Assembly (NCBI GenBank): GCA_035457545.1
Contig: DATIBM010000058.1
Location: 1 to 37,787, forward strand
DNA from: Nitrospiraceae bacterium
GTDB lineage: Bacteria; Nitrospirota; Nitrospiria; Nitrospirales; Nitrospiraceae
Direction of reading: 5' to 3'
DNA: 37,787 nucleotides
Part shown: piece after piece, positions 1-10,318 of the stretch
Layout of the letters: the number at the start of each line of letters is the position of its first letter
Numbering within the stretch: position 1 is the stretch's first letter
Translations under genes and position numbers: made by a program
The notes under the pieces: model-generated
Told to the model about the DNA's origin: nothing
The model's database searches: none
What the model saw: only the letters and a program-made list of their open reading frames with translations

Positions 1-470
1 AGCACCGGGCCGGGCCGGCCGGTCGTGGCGATATAAAACGCCTCCTTGATCGTCACGGCCAAGTCGTTCACGTCCTTCACGAGAAAATTGTATTTCGTGC
101 AGGGCCGGCTGAGCCCGACGTTGTCGGCCTCTTGGAACGCATCGTTGCCGATCAAACTGGTCGGCACCTGCCCGCTGAAGCAGACCAGAGGCACCGAATC
201 CATATAGGCGTCGGCCAAAGCGGTGATGACGTTCGTCATGCCGGGCCCCGACGTCACGAGCGCCACGCCTGCCCGTCCCGTCGCCTTGGCATAGCCCTCG
301 GCCATGTGCCCGGCGCCTTGCTCGTGTCGAGCCAGAATCACTTCGAGATCGCTCTGCTGGTGCAGCATGTCGAAGATCTTCAACACCACGCCGCCCGGGA
401 GGGCAAAGATGGTCTTCACCCCCTCGCGCTTGAGTGATTCAATGAAAATCTCCGCTCCTGTGAGCTTCAT
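1..470 (-). CDS. ilvB: Acetolactate synthase large subunit, N-terminal part (runs off window)
   Basis: Manual translation from ATG at 470: [27 protein letters not shown]...[18 protein letters not shown]...TSGPG...AFQE...GRPGPV; GGAGG RBS upstream. Not in the ORF track because it is open-ended. Confidence 0.95.
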   Translation of the reverse strand, partial: MKLTGAEIFIESLKREGVKTIFALPGGVVLKIFDMLHQQSDLEVILARHEQGAGHMAEGYAKATGRAGVALVTSGPGMTNVITALADAYMDSVPLVCFSGQVPTSLIGNDAFQEADNVGLSRPCTKYNFLVKDVNDLAVTIKEAFYIATTGRPGPV

Positions 471-583
471 CTATAAATCCTCCCCCTCAAGTGAAACAGC
501 CGGGATAGACCGATACGGCTCTTCCACCAGTGAGTTGCAGACTGTCAATTTCTCGTTGAAAAAAGAAGAGCTTAAGGGTTGAC

Positions 584-613
584 ATACTATCATTCGCTCT
601 GCCCGTGGGTCAA
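584..613 (-). promoter_or_regulatory. Putative sigma70 promoter for ilvB
   Basis: Minus strand TTGACC-18 bp-TAGTAT with TG extension, about 110 bp upstream of the start codon. Confidence 0.45.
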
Positions 614-682
614 TACAGGGATCTTCACTCGGCCTGGGCAGGGTCCTTTCCACCTGGTCCGCATGATAAGGTGCAGCCTGCC

Positions 683-1006
683 ATGCCAACCAAGAAGACC
701 CGTCTCACGATCTTTTCACGTCCAGGCTGTCACCTCTGTGAGGTGGTGGAGAGAATGGCCTATCGACTTCAGGACGAATTATGTCTGGACATCTCCAAAC
801 GCAACATCGAGGAGGACGCCGACCTCCTTCAGCGCTACGGCGATCGGGTTCCGGTGGTCCTCCTCGACGGGATGGAGATTTCGAGCGGACCAGTGACGCA
901 ACCGGCTCTGCGGCGAGCCATCACGCGGGCCCGCGCATGGGCGCGTTGGAGAAAGCCTATAAGCCGGATTCTGTCCCGCCTGAGTGGAACACCCAACCGG
1001 GAGTGA
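683..1006 (+). CDS. Glutaredoxin-like protein (DUF836 type)
   Basis: LTIFSRPGCHLC (CxxC) and YGDRVPVVLLDG (cis-Pro motif); start placed at ATG 683. Confidence 0.85.
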   Translation: MPTKKTRLTIFSRPGCHLCEVVERMAYRLQDELCLDISKRNIEEDADLLQRYGDRVPVVLLDGMEISSGPVTQPALRRAITRARAWARWRKPISRILSRLSGTPNRE

Positions 1007-1361
1007 TCATTTCTCTAGGATGCGAGTTGCCCCGCACCTCAAGCGACCTACCCGAGGACCTCGGCCGGGCCAGCCTTGCGGCACATTGATGCCGTCGTCC
1101 CCCTATTTGGCCTTGCTCCGGGCGACGCTTACCGTGCCGTTGATGTCGCCACCAACGCGGTGAGCTCTTACCTCACCGTTTCACCCTTACCTGATCTGCA
1201 CAGCCACAAAAAACTGCCGCGCAGCCATCGGCGGTTTGATTTCTGTGGTGCTGGTGTCGGATCGCTCCGCCTGGGTGTTACCCAGCGCCCTGCCCCTGGA
1301 GTCCGGACTTTCCTCCGGCGGACTTGCGCCCACCGGCGATCACCCGGCCTTCTCCAACGCG
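942..1361 (-). ncRNA. rnpB: RNase P RNA (bacterial type A)
   Basis: Minus strand carries GAGGAAAGTCCGGACTCC near the 5' end and ACAGAATCCGGCTTAT near the 3' end; the termini pair as P1 (CGCGTTGGAGAAGGCC / GGCTTTCTCCAACGCG). Promoter-like TTGCAG-18-TATACT at 1397-1368. Confidence 0.96.
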
Positions 1362-1446
1362 TGCCGTAGTATACGGGTTGCGAAGGAGCCGCTGCAAACG
1401 ACGCCAAGGAACCGGCTTGCGTAATCGGGCGAGTCAGGCGGGTTGA

Positions 1447-2628
1447 TCAGGCCGCCAGAGCCGCCCGCCATCGGGGCAGTAGGGCTTCCAAACCAGCCTG
1501 TGCGAGATATTGCTGATCCAGCAGGGAATCATGACCTCGACCCGGATGCCGCTCATGGTCAAGCGCATCAGCCACATGCACGGCGGCCAGGATAGAAAAG
1601 CCTTTGACGGGGCACAAGGCTGGCTCATGGTGGAACGCCACCGCCTCGACAATCGTGTCCCGCAATCCCCAGAGACCGAGCAAATGGGCGCTCAACTGCG
1701 CATGGGTCGCGCCAAACACCTCCAACTCCGCTGCGGACAAGGGCACCCGGCGCTCCCGCGTGTATCTCTGCACGGTCTCGTATTCCCGCGGAAGGTTGGT
1801 TTGCAGCACGATCCGTCCCACATCGTGGAGCAGGCCGGCCAGGAAGGCGCTCTCGATGCCCAGCCCTCCGGCGTCTTCCAGCGACGCAATAGCCCTCGCC
1901 TGTGTGGCGACGGCAAACCCATGCCGCCAGACTTCCTCGATGGAAGAACCGGACGCTCCCGGTTCCTTGACCTGCCGGTAGACCTGGCACCCCAGGACCA
2001 ACGATTTGACGTTCTCGATGCCGAGCACTGCCACCGCCTGGGTCACGTTCGCCACCGGCTGGCGGATGTTGTAGTAGGCCGAATTGGCGACTTTCAAAAG
2101 GCTGGCTACCATCCCGGCGTCTTTCGCGATGACGGTCGCGACCCGTTCGGCCGATGAATCCGGCGACTCCAATAGGCCGAGCAATTCCTCATACAGCGTG
2201 GGTATGGTCGGCAGGTGACGGATCTGCGCAACCAGCCGTTCCAGCGCGGAGCCGGTGACCTGGTCCCGGAGCGCACAGGCCCGGGCCATCGAGGCGCGCA
2301 ACATCGCCGGCGTCAAGGGCTTGGGCAGCACCTGATGGGCGATCTTGAGGGCCCGGCGGGCGGATTCTTGCGGCATCGCCCCGGTAAACGCGATGCGCAC
2401 CGTCTGCGGCGATCGTTTCTTCACTTCTTGCAGCAGGTGAATCCCGCTCGTGCCGGCCAGATGGATGTCGGCCACCACGACATCCACGGTCTCGTGGGCC
2501 AGAATGCGCAATGCGGCCTCGGCGTCGGACACAAACTCCATATCCCAGTCCTTCGCCAAACTCGACAGGGACAGGCGCAGGAAATCCAGGACCGGCTGTT
2601 CATCATCCACAAACAGCAGTTTCTTCAC
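1447..2628 (-). CDS. Response regulator with REC and HDOD domains
   Basis: KKLLFVDDE...VVVADIHL...PKP receiver, then LPTIP...LLKVANSAYY...AGLLHDVGR...HH HDOD motifs. Start moved to GTG 2628 (GGGGGA RBS). Confidence 0.9.
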   Translation of the reverse strand: MKKLLFVDDEQPVLDFLRLSLSSLAKDWDMEFVSDAEAALRILAHETVDVVVADIHLAGTSGIHLLQEVKKRSPQTVRIAFTGAMPQESARRALKIAHQVLPKPLTPAMLRASMARACALRDQVTGSALERLVAQIRHLPTIPTLYEELLGLLESPDSSAERVATVIAKDAGMVASLLKVANSAYYNIRQPVANVTQAVAVLGIENVKSLVLGCQVYRQVKEPGASGSSIEEVWRHGFAVATQARAIASLEDAGGLGIESAFLAGLLHDVGRIVLQTNLPREYETVQRYTRERRVPLSAAELEVFGATHAQLSAHLLGLWGLRDTIVEAVAFHHEPALCPVKGFSILAAVHVADALDHERHPGRGHDSLLDQQYLAQAGLEALLPRWRAALAA

Positions 2629-2723
2629 TCGCCGTCCCCCGCTGCGTTTCCCCTCTCCCTTTGCAAGAATGCCGTTCTCTCGTTGTCGGCCGGACCGGGG
2701 ACGATCTTGAGGACGATCATTCC

Positions 2724-3896
2724 TCAGACCGCCGCCTTCCACTGCGCGAACCGGCCGGCCAACCCGATCTCGGCCAGATACTCGTGATCCACCCCGCCGG
2801 ACTTCATGGCGGACCCTTCGGCCTGCGCGCAACCGTCGGCGACATGCACGGCCGTCAAGATGCTGAATTCGTTCCGACGCGCCGACCGAGGTTCATGGTG
2901 AAAGACGACCGCCTCCACCAGGGCCTCTCCGAATCCCCATAGGCTCAGCACATATCCGCCGACCTGCGCATGTGTGGCATGCAACACAACTCGTTCCGCC
3001 TCCACGTCCGTCAACCGCTCATCTTCCATCAACTGCCGAACGGTCCGGCACTCATCCGGCATCTGGATTTCCAGCACCAGCCGTCCCAGGTCGTGCAGGA
3101 GACCGGCTGTAAAGGCCTGATCCAGGGCCAGGCGTCCGACTTGCTCCAGCGAGACCATCTGCCGGGCTGCGTGCGCGATGGCCAGCCCGTGCCCTTGGAG
3201 CGATGCCACCGTCGCCCGAACCGACTCGGATGTTTGCAAATTTTGGTGCACCTTTGCGCTGAGCACCAACGCGGTGACGGTCTCAAGGCCCAGCAGAGCG
3301 AGGGCATGGGCGGGGCTGACCACGGTTCGCCTGAGGTTGAAAAAGACCGAATTGACGATGTGCAGGAGATGGGCGGCCAGGCCGGCATCCTTGGCGATGA
3401 TCCGCGCAGCCTGTTCGATGGTGCCGGCGTCGTCTCGCGCGACCGCCGCCAACTCTTCGTAGATCGACGGAAGACTGGGCAACCGATGGAGACCGCTGAC
3501 CAGCGTCAACAGCGCGGCGCTGCCGAGTTGGTCCTGCAGCGCGCAGGCGCGGGACACCGTCCCCCGCACCAGTTCAGCACTCAACGGTTTCGGAAGGATC
3601 TGGTGGGCGACCGCAAGCCCGCGCACCACCAGATCCTGATGCGCGCACCTCGAACAGGCGAGCCGCACGACCTGCGGATAGCGGCGCTTCACCTCGGCCA
3701 GCAATTCCAGGCCGCCCATGCCGGTCAAATGGATGTCGGTCAACACGACATCGTAGGTGGACTGTTCCAGGAGCGCGAGCGCCTCGGCTGCACCCGCGAC
3801 AAAACTCAGGTTCCATGCCTCGCGCAGGACCGCCAACTCCTGTTGGAGCAGGCGCAGTGCGGCAGGGTCGCCATCAACGAGCAGGATTCGCTTCAT
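2724..3896 (-). CDS. Response regulator with REC and HDOD domains (paralog of neighbour)
   Basis: MKRILLVDGD...VLTDIHL...PKP, LPSLPSIY...VNSVFF...AGLLHDLGR...VVFHHEP; start at ATG 3896. Confidence 0.9.
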   Translation of the reverse strand: MKRILLVDGDPAALRLLQQELAVLREAWNLSFVAGAAEALALLEQSTYDVVLTDIHLTGMGGLELLAEVKRRYPQVVRLACSRCAHQDLVVRGLAVAHQILPKPLSAELVRGTVSRACALQDQLGSAALLTLVSGLHRLPSLPSIYEELAAVARDDAGTIEQAARIIAKDAGLAAHLLHIVNSVFFNLRRTVVSPAHALALLGLETVTALVLSAKVHQNLQTSESVRATVASLQGHGLAIAHAARQMVSLEQVGRLALDQAFTAGLLHDLGRLVLEIQMPDECRTVRQLMEDERLTDVEAERVVLHATHAQVGGYVLSLWGFGEALVEAVVFHHEPRSARRNEFSILTAVHVADGCAQAEGSAMKSGGVDHEYLAEIGLAGRFAQWKAAV

Positions 3897-4068
3897 GAGC
3901 GGTTGCGCGCAACAGGACCCACGCGCCCCTCTCACTTGTCGGACGTCATCCGCATCAGCTTGAGTTGGGAATCAGATCAGAGGCGTGCGGCGCCGGGAAC
4001 GGGCCCCGCAGATCTGCGCGATGGGTCTGAGTGATGACGAACAGCGAAGACCGCTCTCTGGAAGGAAG

Positions 4069-4944
4069 CTACCGGTGCCCGATCGGCGGCAACTCCGCGC
4101 CAGACCCACAACCCTGGGCCGAGCAGAGCGGCATGGCCTCCGGCAGCCATTCCTGTAACTGTTTGATGCGGGTTTCGTGGGCCGGGTGGGTGGACAAGAA
4201 TTCGGATGGCGCCTCGCTCGAAAGCTGGGCCATGCGTTCCCAGACGCGCACGGCCTCGCGCGGATCGTAGCCGGCCTGCGCGGCGAGCAACATGCCGATA
4301 TAGTCCGCTTCGGATTCATGCTTGCGGCTGAACGGCAACAGGACGCCCACTTGCGCGCCGGCCCCCAATGCCGCCATGGCGCCGTTCCCAAGAATGGGAT
4401 CCACGCCGAACACCGCCAGCCCGACATTCGCGACCGTCAGCGCCCCCTGCGCGACCACGTTCTGGCTCATGCGTTCGCCGCCGTGTCTGGCCAGCGCGTG
4501 CACCACTTCATGCCCCATGACCGCAGCCAACCCCGCTTCATTCTTCGACACGGCGAAGATCCCGGTGTAGACGGCGATCTTTCCTCCCGGCAAGGCGAAG
4601 GCATTCAAGGTCTGATCGTCCTTAATCACGCTGACCTCCCACTGGAACTGATTGGCCAGGTCGGCGTATTTGGATTTTTTGGCAGCCTCGATCACGCGGG
4701 CTGCCACCCGTTTGACCGGCTCGACCTCCCGTGGATCAGTCGAGAGCTTGACCTTGGGATCTTGGAGCACCTGCTGATAGGCTTGCGCGCCCAACTGCAT
4801 TTCCTGACCGGAGGAGACCATCATCAATTGCCACCGGTCCGTATACGGATTCGTCACGCAGCCGGCCAAACCCGCGGAGACCGCCAGCAGCCAGGCGGCC
4901 AGCCATCTCGTTCCGAAGCAGGCCGGTCTTGGATCACCTTTCAT
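4069..4944 (-). CDS. M48 family zinc metallopeptidase lipoprotein (LoiP/Oma1-like)
   Basis: Lipobox LAGC; NAFALPGGKI; HEVVH zinc motif; FSRKHESEAD; FLSTHP. Confidence 0.92.
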   Translation of the reverse strand: MKGDPRPACFGTRWLAAWLLAVSAGLAGCVTNPYTDRWQLMMVSSGQEMQLGAQAYQQVLQDPKVKLSTDPREVEPVKRVAARVIEAAKKSKYADLANQFQWEVSVIKDDQTLNAFALPGGKIAVYTGIFAVSKNEAGLAAVMGHEVVHALARHGGERMSQNVVAQGALTVANVGLAVFGVDPILGNGAMAALGAGAQVGVLLPFSRKHESEADYIGMLLAAQAGYDPREAVRVWERMAQLSSEAPSEFLSTHPAHETRIKQLQEWLPEAMPLCSAQGCGSGAELPPIGHR

Positions 4945-5068
4945 GTGCCTTCTCCTCGTGCGCAGAACTACGACCCGACGCCCTGTGATTGACCCCCGCC
5001 GGGGCCTTTGTTAGAGTACGCGACCGCTGCGCGCCCTGCAAGCAGGCCCGCCTCGCGGATCTCCTCCC

Positions 5069-5755
5069 ATGCTCGGGTTTCATTCGATCCCTCGCATCGG
5101 CATCGACGAATCGGGCAAAGGCGACTACTTCGGCCCCCTGGTGATCGCCGCCGCCTTCGTGTCCCCGGATCGGGAAGCCGATCTCACGCTGCTCCAGGTG
5201 AGAGACAGCAAGCGCATCTCGGACGGCCGCATCCTGGAGATGGCCGGGGACATCCGGCTGATCTGTCCCCATCGCGTGGTCGCCATCGGACCAGAGCGGT
5301 ACAACGCCCTCTATGCCAAGATCAAGAACCTCAACAGACTCCTCGCCTGGGGCCATGCCAGGGCCTTGGAGAACCTGCTCGAACAGGCCCCGTGCGAGCT
5401 GGCGATCGCGGATCAATTCGGAGATGAACGATACGTCCAGCGGGCCTTGATGGAAAAGGGAAAAGCCATCCGGCTGGTGCAACAACCCAAGGCCGAGGCG
5501 GACCTCGCAGTGGCCGCCGCATCGATCCTGGCGCGGGCCGAGTTCCTGACGAGACTACGCCGGTTGTCGGAGGAGGTCGGCACGACGCTCCCGAAAGGCG
5601 CGTCGAGCGCGGTGGAACTGGCGGCGAGGATGGTGATCAAGAAGCACGGCGAAACCGGGCTGGGCAGAGTGGCCAAACTTCATTTCCGAACCACCGAGAC
5701 GGTCCTCCGCGACCTTCGCCAGCCTCACAACGACTCGCCGGCTTCGTCGTCGTAA
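5069..5755 (+). CDS. rnhC: Ribonuclease HIII (catalytic domain only)
   Basis: IGIDESGKGDYFGPLV, VRDSK, ADQF, VAAASILAR, LPKGAS, AKLHFRT are RNase HIII-type signatures. Confidence 0.88.
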   Translation: MLGFHSIPRIGIDESGKGDYFGPLVIAAAFVSPDREADLTLLQVRDSKRISDGRILEMAGDIRLICPHRVVAIGPERYNALYAKIKNLNRLLAWGHARALENLLEQAPCELAIADQFGDERYVQRALMEKGKAIRLVQQPKAEADLAVAAASILARAEFLTRLRRLSEEVGTTLPKGASSAVELAARMVIKKHGETGLGRVAKLHFRTTETVLRDLRQPHNDSPASSS

Positions 5756-6501
5756 TCATGGGGAGGCCCGGCCGCGGCCGGAGCCTCTGCGGGCAGCTCT
5801 CCCTCCCAGTAGAGGATCCGATGGCAATACCCGCACACCTGCAATTCGTCTGAACGTTTGACCTCGGCAACCAATTGCGGAGGGAGCTGCAATCGGCAGC
5901 CCTGGCACGTTCCGTCTCGGACGGACGCGAGCGCGACGTCCTTCCGCTGGGCCTTGAGCTTTTCGTATCGCTCCAACAAATCGCGCGGCACCGCCGCTGC
6001 CGCGCGGCGCTGCTGCTCGTCCAGCACGGCCAATTCCTTGCTCAAGGCTGCGTCCGACTCATCGAGCAACCGTTGCTCCCGTTCGAACGCCGCCTCCGCC
6101 TCACGGACCCTGGCCTGCGCCGCGGCCATCTCGCGCTGGAGCTGCTCGATCGTTTCCATCAAACCCAGAATCTTTTCCTCGACCTCCCCCTTCTTCTTGT
6201 TCGCCATCTCGATCTCGAACAGGTGGGCCTGGTACTCCTTGTTGGTCTTGATCTCGCCGGTGCGGGCTTTCATTTTTTCGATGTGCGATTCCTGCGTATC
6301 GAGATCCCGCTCGCAGGTCCGGCGTTCTTTGGTCAAGGCCTCGACCGAGGCGCCGGCCTGCTTCAAGGCCTCCGTGGCCGAGTGCAGGGGGGCGCGGGCA
6401 GCGGCGAGCCGGTCCGGAATCAGACGGCGCTGGTGCTTGATCTCCGCGATCCGGAGGTCGATGGCCTGCAGTTCGATCAGGCGAGGGAGATGAGGGTTCA
6501 A
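5725..6501 (-). CDS. Coiled-coil protein with C4 zinc ribbon (DUF164 / CT398 / HP0958-like)
   Basis: LIELQAIDLRI, long coiled coil, CQGC...CGYCHRILY; TTG start at 6501 with AGGAGA RBS. Confidence 0.88.
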   Translation of the reverse strand: MNPHLPRLIELQAIDLRIAEIKHQRRLIPDRLAAARAPLHSATEALKQAGASVEALTKERRTCERDLDTQESHIEKMKARTGEIKTNKEYQAHLFEIEMANKKKGEVEEKILGLMETIEQLQREMAAAQARVREAEAAFEREQRLLDESDAALSKELAVLDEQQRRAAAAVPRDLLERYEKLKAQRKDVALASVRDGTCQGCRLQLPPQLVAEVKRSDELQVCGYCHRILYWEGELPAEAPAAAGPPHDYDDEAGESL

Positions 6502-6568
6502 CGGTCTCCTGTGGATCTCGTTCACGGCGCCAGGCATCCGGCCGGCGCCCGCACGGGCCCGGCTCCGG

Positions 6569-6645
6569 TGGTGGGCCCACTAGGACTTGAACCTAGGACC
6601 AACTGATTATGAGTCAGTCGCTCTAACCACCTGAGCTATGGGCCC
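6569..6645 (-). tRNA. tRNA with CAT anticodon, most likely tRNA-Ile2 (lysidine)
   Basis: GGGCCCATAGCTCAGGTGGTTAGAGCGACTGACT-CAT-AATCAGTTGGTCCTAGGTTCAAGTCCTAGTGGGCCCACCA; paired 1:72 (not initiator), C4:G69 and C5:G68 TilS determinants, position just after rpoD. Confidence 0.9.
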
Positions 6646-6676
6646 AGCCTGTCGCGCTGCCGGACGTGACCGTAGT

Positions 6677-8479
6677 TTACAAACTTTCGACGAAGCTGCG
6701 CAATTTCTTGCTCCGGCTGGGGTGGCGGAGCTTGCGCAGCGCCTTGGCCTCGATCTGCCGGATGCGCTCGCGGGTCACCTCGAAATCCTGCCCGACCTCT
6801 TCCAACGTATGGTCGGTCGCTTCGCCGATGCCGAACCGCTTGCGCAACACCTTCTCTTCGCGCGGCGTCAAGGTCTCCAGCGCGCTGTTGATCTGCCGCT
6901 GCAAATCATAGCGAATGGCGGCCTCCAGCGGCGAGACGGCCTTCTTGTCTTCGATAAAGTCGCCGAGATGGCTGTCTTCTTCCTCCCCGATCGGCGTCTC
7001 CAGCGAAATGGGCTCGCGCGCGATCTTGAGGATCTTGCGCACCTTGTCCAACGGCATGTCCATCCGTTCGGCAATTTCCTCCGGCATCGGCTCGCGCCCC
7101 AGCTTTTGGACGAGATGCCGCGAGGTGCGGATGAGCTTGTTGATCGTTTCGATCATGTGCACGGGGATGCGGATCGTGCGCGCCTGGTCCGCAATGGCCC
7201 GGGTGATGGCCTGCCGGATCCACCAGGTGGCGTAAGTGCTGAACTTGTAGCCCCGGCGGTATTCGAACTTGTCCACGGCCTTCATGAGACCGATGTTGCC
7301 TTCCTGGATCAAGTCCAGAAACTGAAGCCCGCGGTTGGTGTATTTCTTGGCGATGCTGACGACCAGCCGCAGGTTCGCCTCGACCAGTTCCGCCTTGCCC
7401 CGCTTGACCTTCTCGTCCGCCTGGTCCAAATGCTTGACGGCGTCCTTGATCTCCTCCGCGGACACCAACGCTTCCTCGGTTTCGATCTGGCGGATCCGGG
7501 CCTTGGCCGCTTGATAAACCTTTTTGATGTCGAGCAGGGTCTCTTCCGAGATCCCGGTCTTCCGCTTTACCGCGAGGAAGTCCTGCCTGGTGCGGCCGAG
7601 CCGGCGCAGGGCTTCCTGGCCCGCCTCTCCGCTGATGCCCGTCCGCCGTTGGCAGTGGCTGATTTCCCGCTCGGCCGCGCGGATCTGGTGCGCGACATCC
7701 CTCACGCGCTGGACCATCCGGTCCTTCAAGACCGCATGCAGATTGACCGCCTCGATCTTCTCGACCAACTGCCCGCGCACGGTCTCGATCTGTTTCTTGA
7801 CCTTCTTCTGCTCCGCCGGATCGTTCCCGATCTGCTTGGCCTTGGCGCAGAGGCCGCGATAGGCGGTCGAGACCTTCCGAACCTCGTTGAGGGCCTCCAA
7901 GGTCCGCACCCGCAATTCGGTGTCGTCCCGCTCGCCCCCCTCCTCTTCCTCTTCGAATTCCTCCTCGGAGATCGGAACGATCTCCCGCACCTTGACCTTG
8001 TCCAGCTTCAACTGCTCGCGAAGGGCCAGGATATACTCGATCGTCATCGGCAGGCCGTAGACGATCGAGGCAATCTCCATTTTGCCTTCCTCGATGCGCT
8101 TGGCGATCTCGATTTCGCCTTCGCGGCTGAGCAGGGCCACGCTCCCCATTTCCTTCAGATAGAGGCGGACCGGGTCGTCCGTGCGGCTGAGCGCGCCAGG
8201 GGTCAGGTCGATTTCCCGTTCGTTTTCTTCGCTTGCGTCGCCTTCGTCTTCCTCCTCGGCTTCCCGGGATTCGGCCGCCTTGGGCTGGCGTTGGGCGTCG
8301 GCCGATTCCACGATGTCGATATCCATCTCTCCGAACATCGTGACCAGCGTGTTGAGCTGATCCGGCGACACGACGTCGGGGGGCAGGGTGCTGTTCAGCT
8401 CCTCGTAGGTGAGAAACCCCTTCTCCTTCCCCATCGAGATCAGCTTCTTGACTTCACTCATGAATTCCTGTTTCGGCAT
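6677..8479 (-). CDS. rpoD: RNA polymerase primary sigma factor
   Basis: Region 1.1, [63 protein letters not shown]. Confidence 0.99.
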   Translation of the reverse strand: MPKQEFMSEVKKLISMGKEKGFLTYEELNSTLPPDVVSPDQLNTLVTMFGEMDIDIVESADAQRQPKAAESREAEEEDEGDASEENEREIDLTPGALSRTDDPVRLYLKEMGSVALLSREGEIEIAKRIEEGKMEIASIVYGLPMTIEYILALREQLKLDKVKVREIVPISEEEFEEEEEGGERDDTELRVRTLEALNEVRKVSTAYRGLCAKAKQIGNDPAEQKKVKKQIETVRGQLVEKIEAVNLHAVLKDRMVQRVRDVAHQIRAAEREISHCQRRTGISGEAGQEALRRLGRTRQDFLAVKRKTGISEETLLDIKKVYQAAKARIRQIETEEALVSAEEIKDAVKHLDQADEKVKRGKAELVEANLRLVVSIAKKYTNRGLQFLDLIQEGNIGLMKAVDKFEYRRGYKFSTYATWWIRQAITRAIADQARTIRIPVHMIETINKLIRTSRHLVQKLGREPMPEEIAERMDMPLDKVRKILKIAREPISLETPIGEEEDSHLGDFIEDKKAVSPLEAAIRYDLQRQINSALETLTPREEKVLRKRFGIGEATDHTLEEVGQDFEVTRERIRQIEAKALRKLRHPSRSKKLRSFVESL

Positions 8480-8509
8480 ACCGACTCCTCAACTCCGATC
8501 ACCTGTTCC

Positions 8510-10318
8510 CTACCGATACGCGGCCTTCTGCAATCGTAACTCGTTGACGCGCTCGTTCAATGTCCGCACCTCGTCGGTGCGGCCTGCTTGGCTGGCTTCC
8601 TTGAGTTGTGCGACCAATTCGGCCAGCAGCCGCTCGTGACGCCTTCGGTCCAACTTCTCCAGGCATCCCCGGATCGACGCCTGCGCATCTTCATCATGGC
8701 GTTCCTTCACCGACAGCTCCGCCGCCAGAGCGCGGGTTGACTCGACCCCGAGCAACTCGTCCAGCAACGGCCGGAGCAGCAACCGTCCGTCCGCCCCGCG
8801 ATGCCGGAGCGCCGCCTCCGCGATCGCACGCGCGGCGGGATCGATGAACGAATCAGGCCGCAATCGGCCTAGGTCCTTGGACGAACACTGGCCTTGCAAG
8901 AGCAGATGGATCAGTTCCCGCTCCTCCGGGTTGATGTTCTTTTGGAGCACGGGCGCCGCCGCAGGAAAGGAGGGGCGACGGGTCGCTCGGCCGGCCCTCT
9001 CAAGAGAGAGGTATCGTTCGGCCAGCCGCTGCTCGTTGATACCGAGTCGCTCCGCCGCCTGCCGCAGTCGCTCGGCCTTTTCGACGGGATGGCTGATCTT
9101 TTGAATAATCTCCACCACGGCGTCCGCCGCACGCACCTTTTCCTCGATCCGGCCGGAAACAGCCTGTCGCAAACTCTGATCGAGCGCGAAATCCCACAGG
9201 GTCGGAGCCTGCTCCAGCAACCGAGCGAATCCCTCCGCGCCATGAGCCCGCACAAAGGTGTCGGGATCATGCCCGTCCGGCAGGCTGACCACGTTCACCG
9301 CCAGGCCTGTGTCCACGAACAAATTCAACGTGCGCAACGCCGCGCGCACGCCGGCCGCATCGGGGTCGAACAATAGGACCACCTGCTTTGCATAGCGGCG
9401 CACCGTGCGCACATGCTCGGGGGTCAATGCCGTCCCCAATGTGGCGACCGCCGTCCGGATGCCGGCTTGGTGGAGCGCAATCACATCGAAATAGCCCTCG
9501 ACGATGATCAGGGTCTGTTGGCGGCCGGCCGCTTCATAGGCTGCATCGAGCGCATAGAGGGTCTGGCCCTTCTTGAAGAGCGGCGTATCTCTGGAGTTGA
9601 GATACTTAGGCTCGCCCGGCCCGACCACCCTTCCGCCGAACCCGACCACTCGGCGCCGGAGATCGGTAATCGGGAAGATCACCCGCCCCCGGAACTGGTC
9701 GTAACAGCCGCTGCCGGCACCCTGCGGGCGGGCCCCGCTGTTGCGGGGAACCGCCAGGCCGGCCTCACAGATCTCAGCCTCCGAGAACCCGTCCTTCATG
9801 AGGGAGCGGACCAACCGTTCCCAATCCGGGGCGGCATAGCCGAGGCCGAACTGGTCCGCGACGACCTGGTCGATGCCGCGGGATTCCATATAGTCTCGCC
9901 CCGGCTTCCCGATGGCCGGCTCGTTCAATGTATGCCGGAAATGCGCGGCGGCAGCCTGGTTGACCGACTCCAACCTCCTTCGTCGCTGTGCCTCTTGATC
10001 GGTTTCGGCCGCCGAGGTCTCGGGGACCTGTACGCCGACCCGGCGACCTAATTCCCTCATGGCTTCGGGAAACGTGAGGCCGGACACCTTCATGAAAAAG
10101 GCGATCGCGTCACCGCTGGCCCCACAGCCGAAGCAGTGAAACAGTTGCTTCCCGGGACTGACCGTGAAAGAGGGTGTGCGATCGTCGTGGAAGGGACAAC
10201 AGGCCTTGAAGTTCTGTCCTGTTCGCGTCAGGGTCATGTGACCCGACACCACATCAATGATGTCGAGCCGTTCCTTGATTTGGGCCAGGATGGCGTCTGA
10301 AATCGGGCCTCGACTCAC
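8510..10318 (-). CDS. dnaG: DNA primase
   Basis: CPFH...CFGC zinc finger, PKYLNS, VEGYFDV, FDPDAAG, DPD toprim motifs; directly upstream of rpoD. Confidence 0.98.
   Translation of the reverse strand: MSRGPISDAILAQIKERLDIIDVVSGHMTLTRTGQNFKACCPFHDDRTPSFTVSPGKQLFHCFGCGASGDAIAFFMKVSGLTFPEAMRELGRRVGVQVPETSAAETDQEAQRRRRLESVNQAAAAHFRHTLNEPAIGKPGRDYMESRGIDQVVADQFGLGYAAPDWERLVRSLMKDGFSEAEICEAGLAVPRNSGARPQGAGSGCYDQFRGRVIFPITDLRRRVVGFGGRVVGPGEPKYLNSRDTPLFKKGQTLYALDAAYEAAGRQQTLIIVEGYFDVIALHQAGIRTAVATLGTALTPEHVRTVRRYAKQVVLLFDPDAAGVRAALRTLNLFVDTGLAVNVVSLPDGHDPDTFVRAHGAEGFARLLEQAPTLWDFALDQSLRQAVSGRIEEKVRAADAVVEIIQKISHPVEKAERLRQAAERLGINEQRLAERYLSLERAGRATRRPSFPAAAPVLQKNINPEERELIHLLLQGQCSSKDLGRLRPDSFIDPAARAIAEAALRHRGADGRLLLRPLLDELLGVESTRALAAELSVKERHDEDAQASIRGCLEKLDRRRHERLLAELVAQLKEASQAGRTDEVRTLNERVNELRLQKAAYR

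Noticed and set aside
781-1424. Several short ORFs over rnpB
   Set aside because: Region is explained by the RNase P RNA.
6569-6645. tRNA-Met or initiator tRNA
   Set aside because: Lacks the C1:A72 mismatch and the three G:C anticodon-stem pairs of initiators; acceptor stem and position after rpoD favour Ile2, though elongator Met is not strictly excluded.
6638-8539. 633-aa plus-strand ORF
   Set aside because: Antisense shadow of rpoD; typical of GC-rich codon bias, no motifs.
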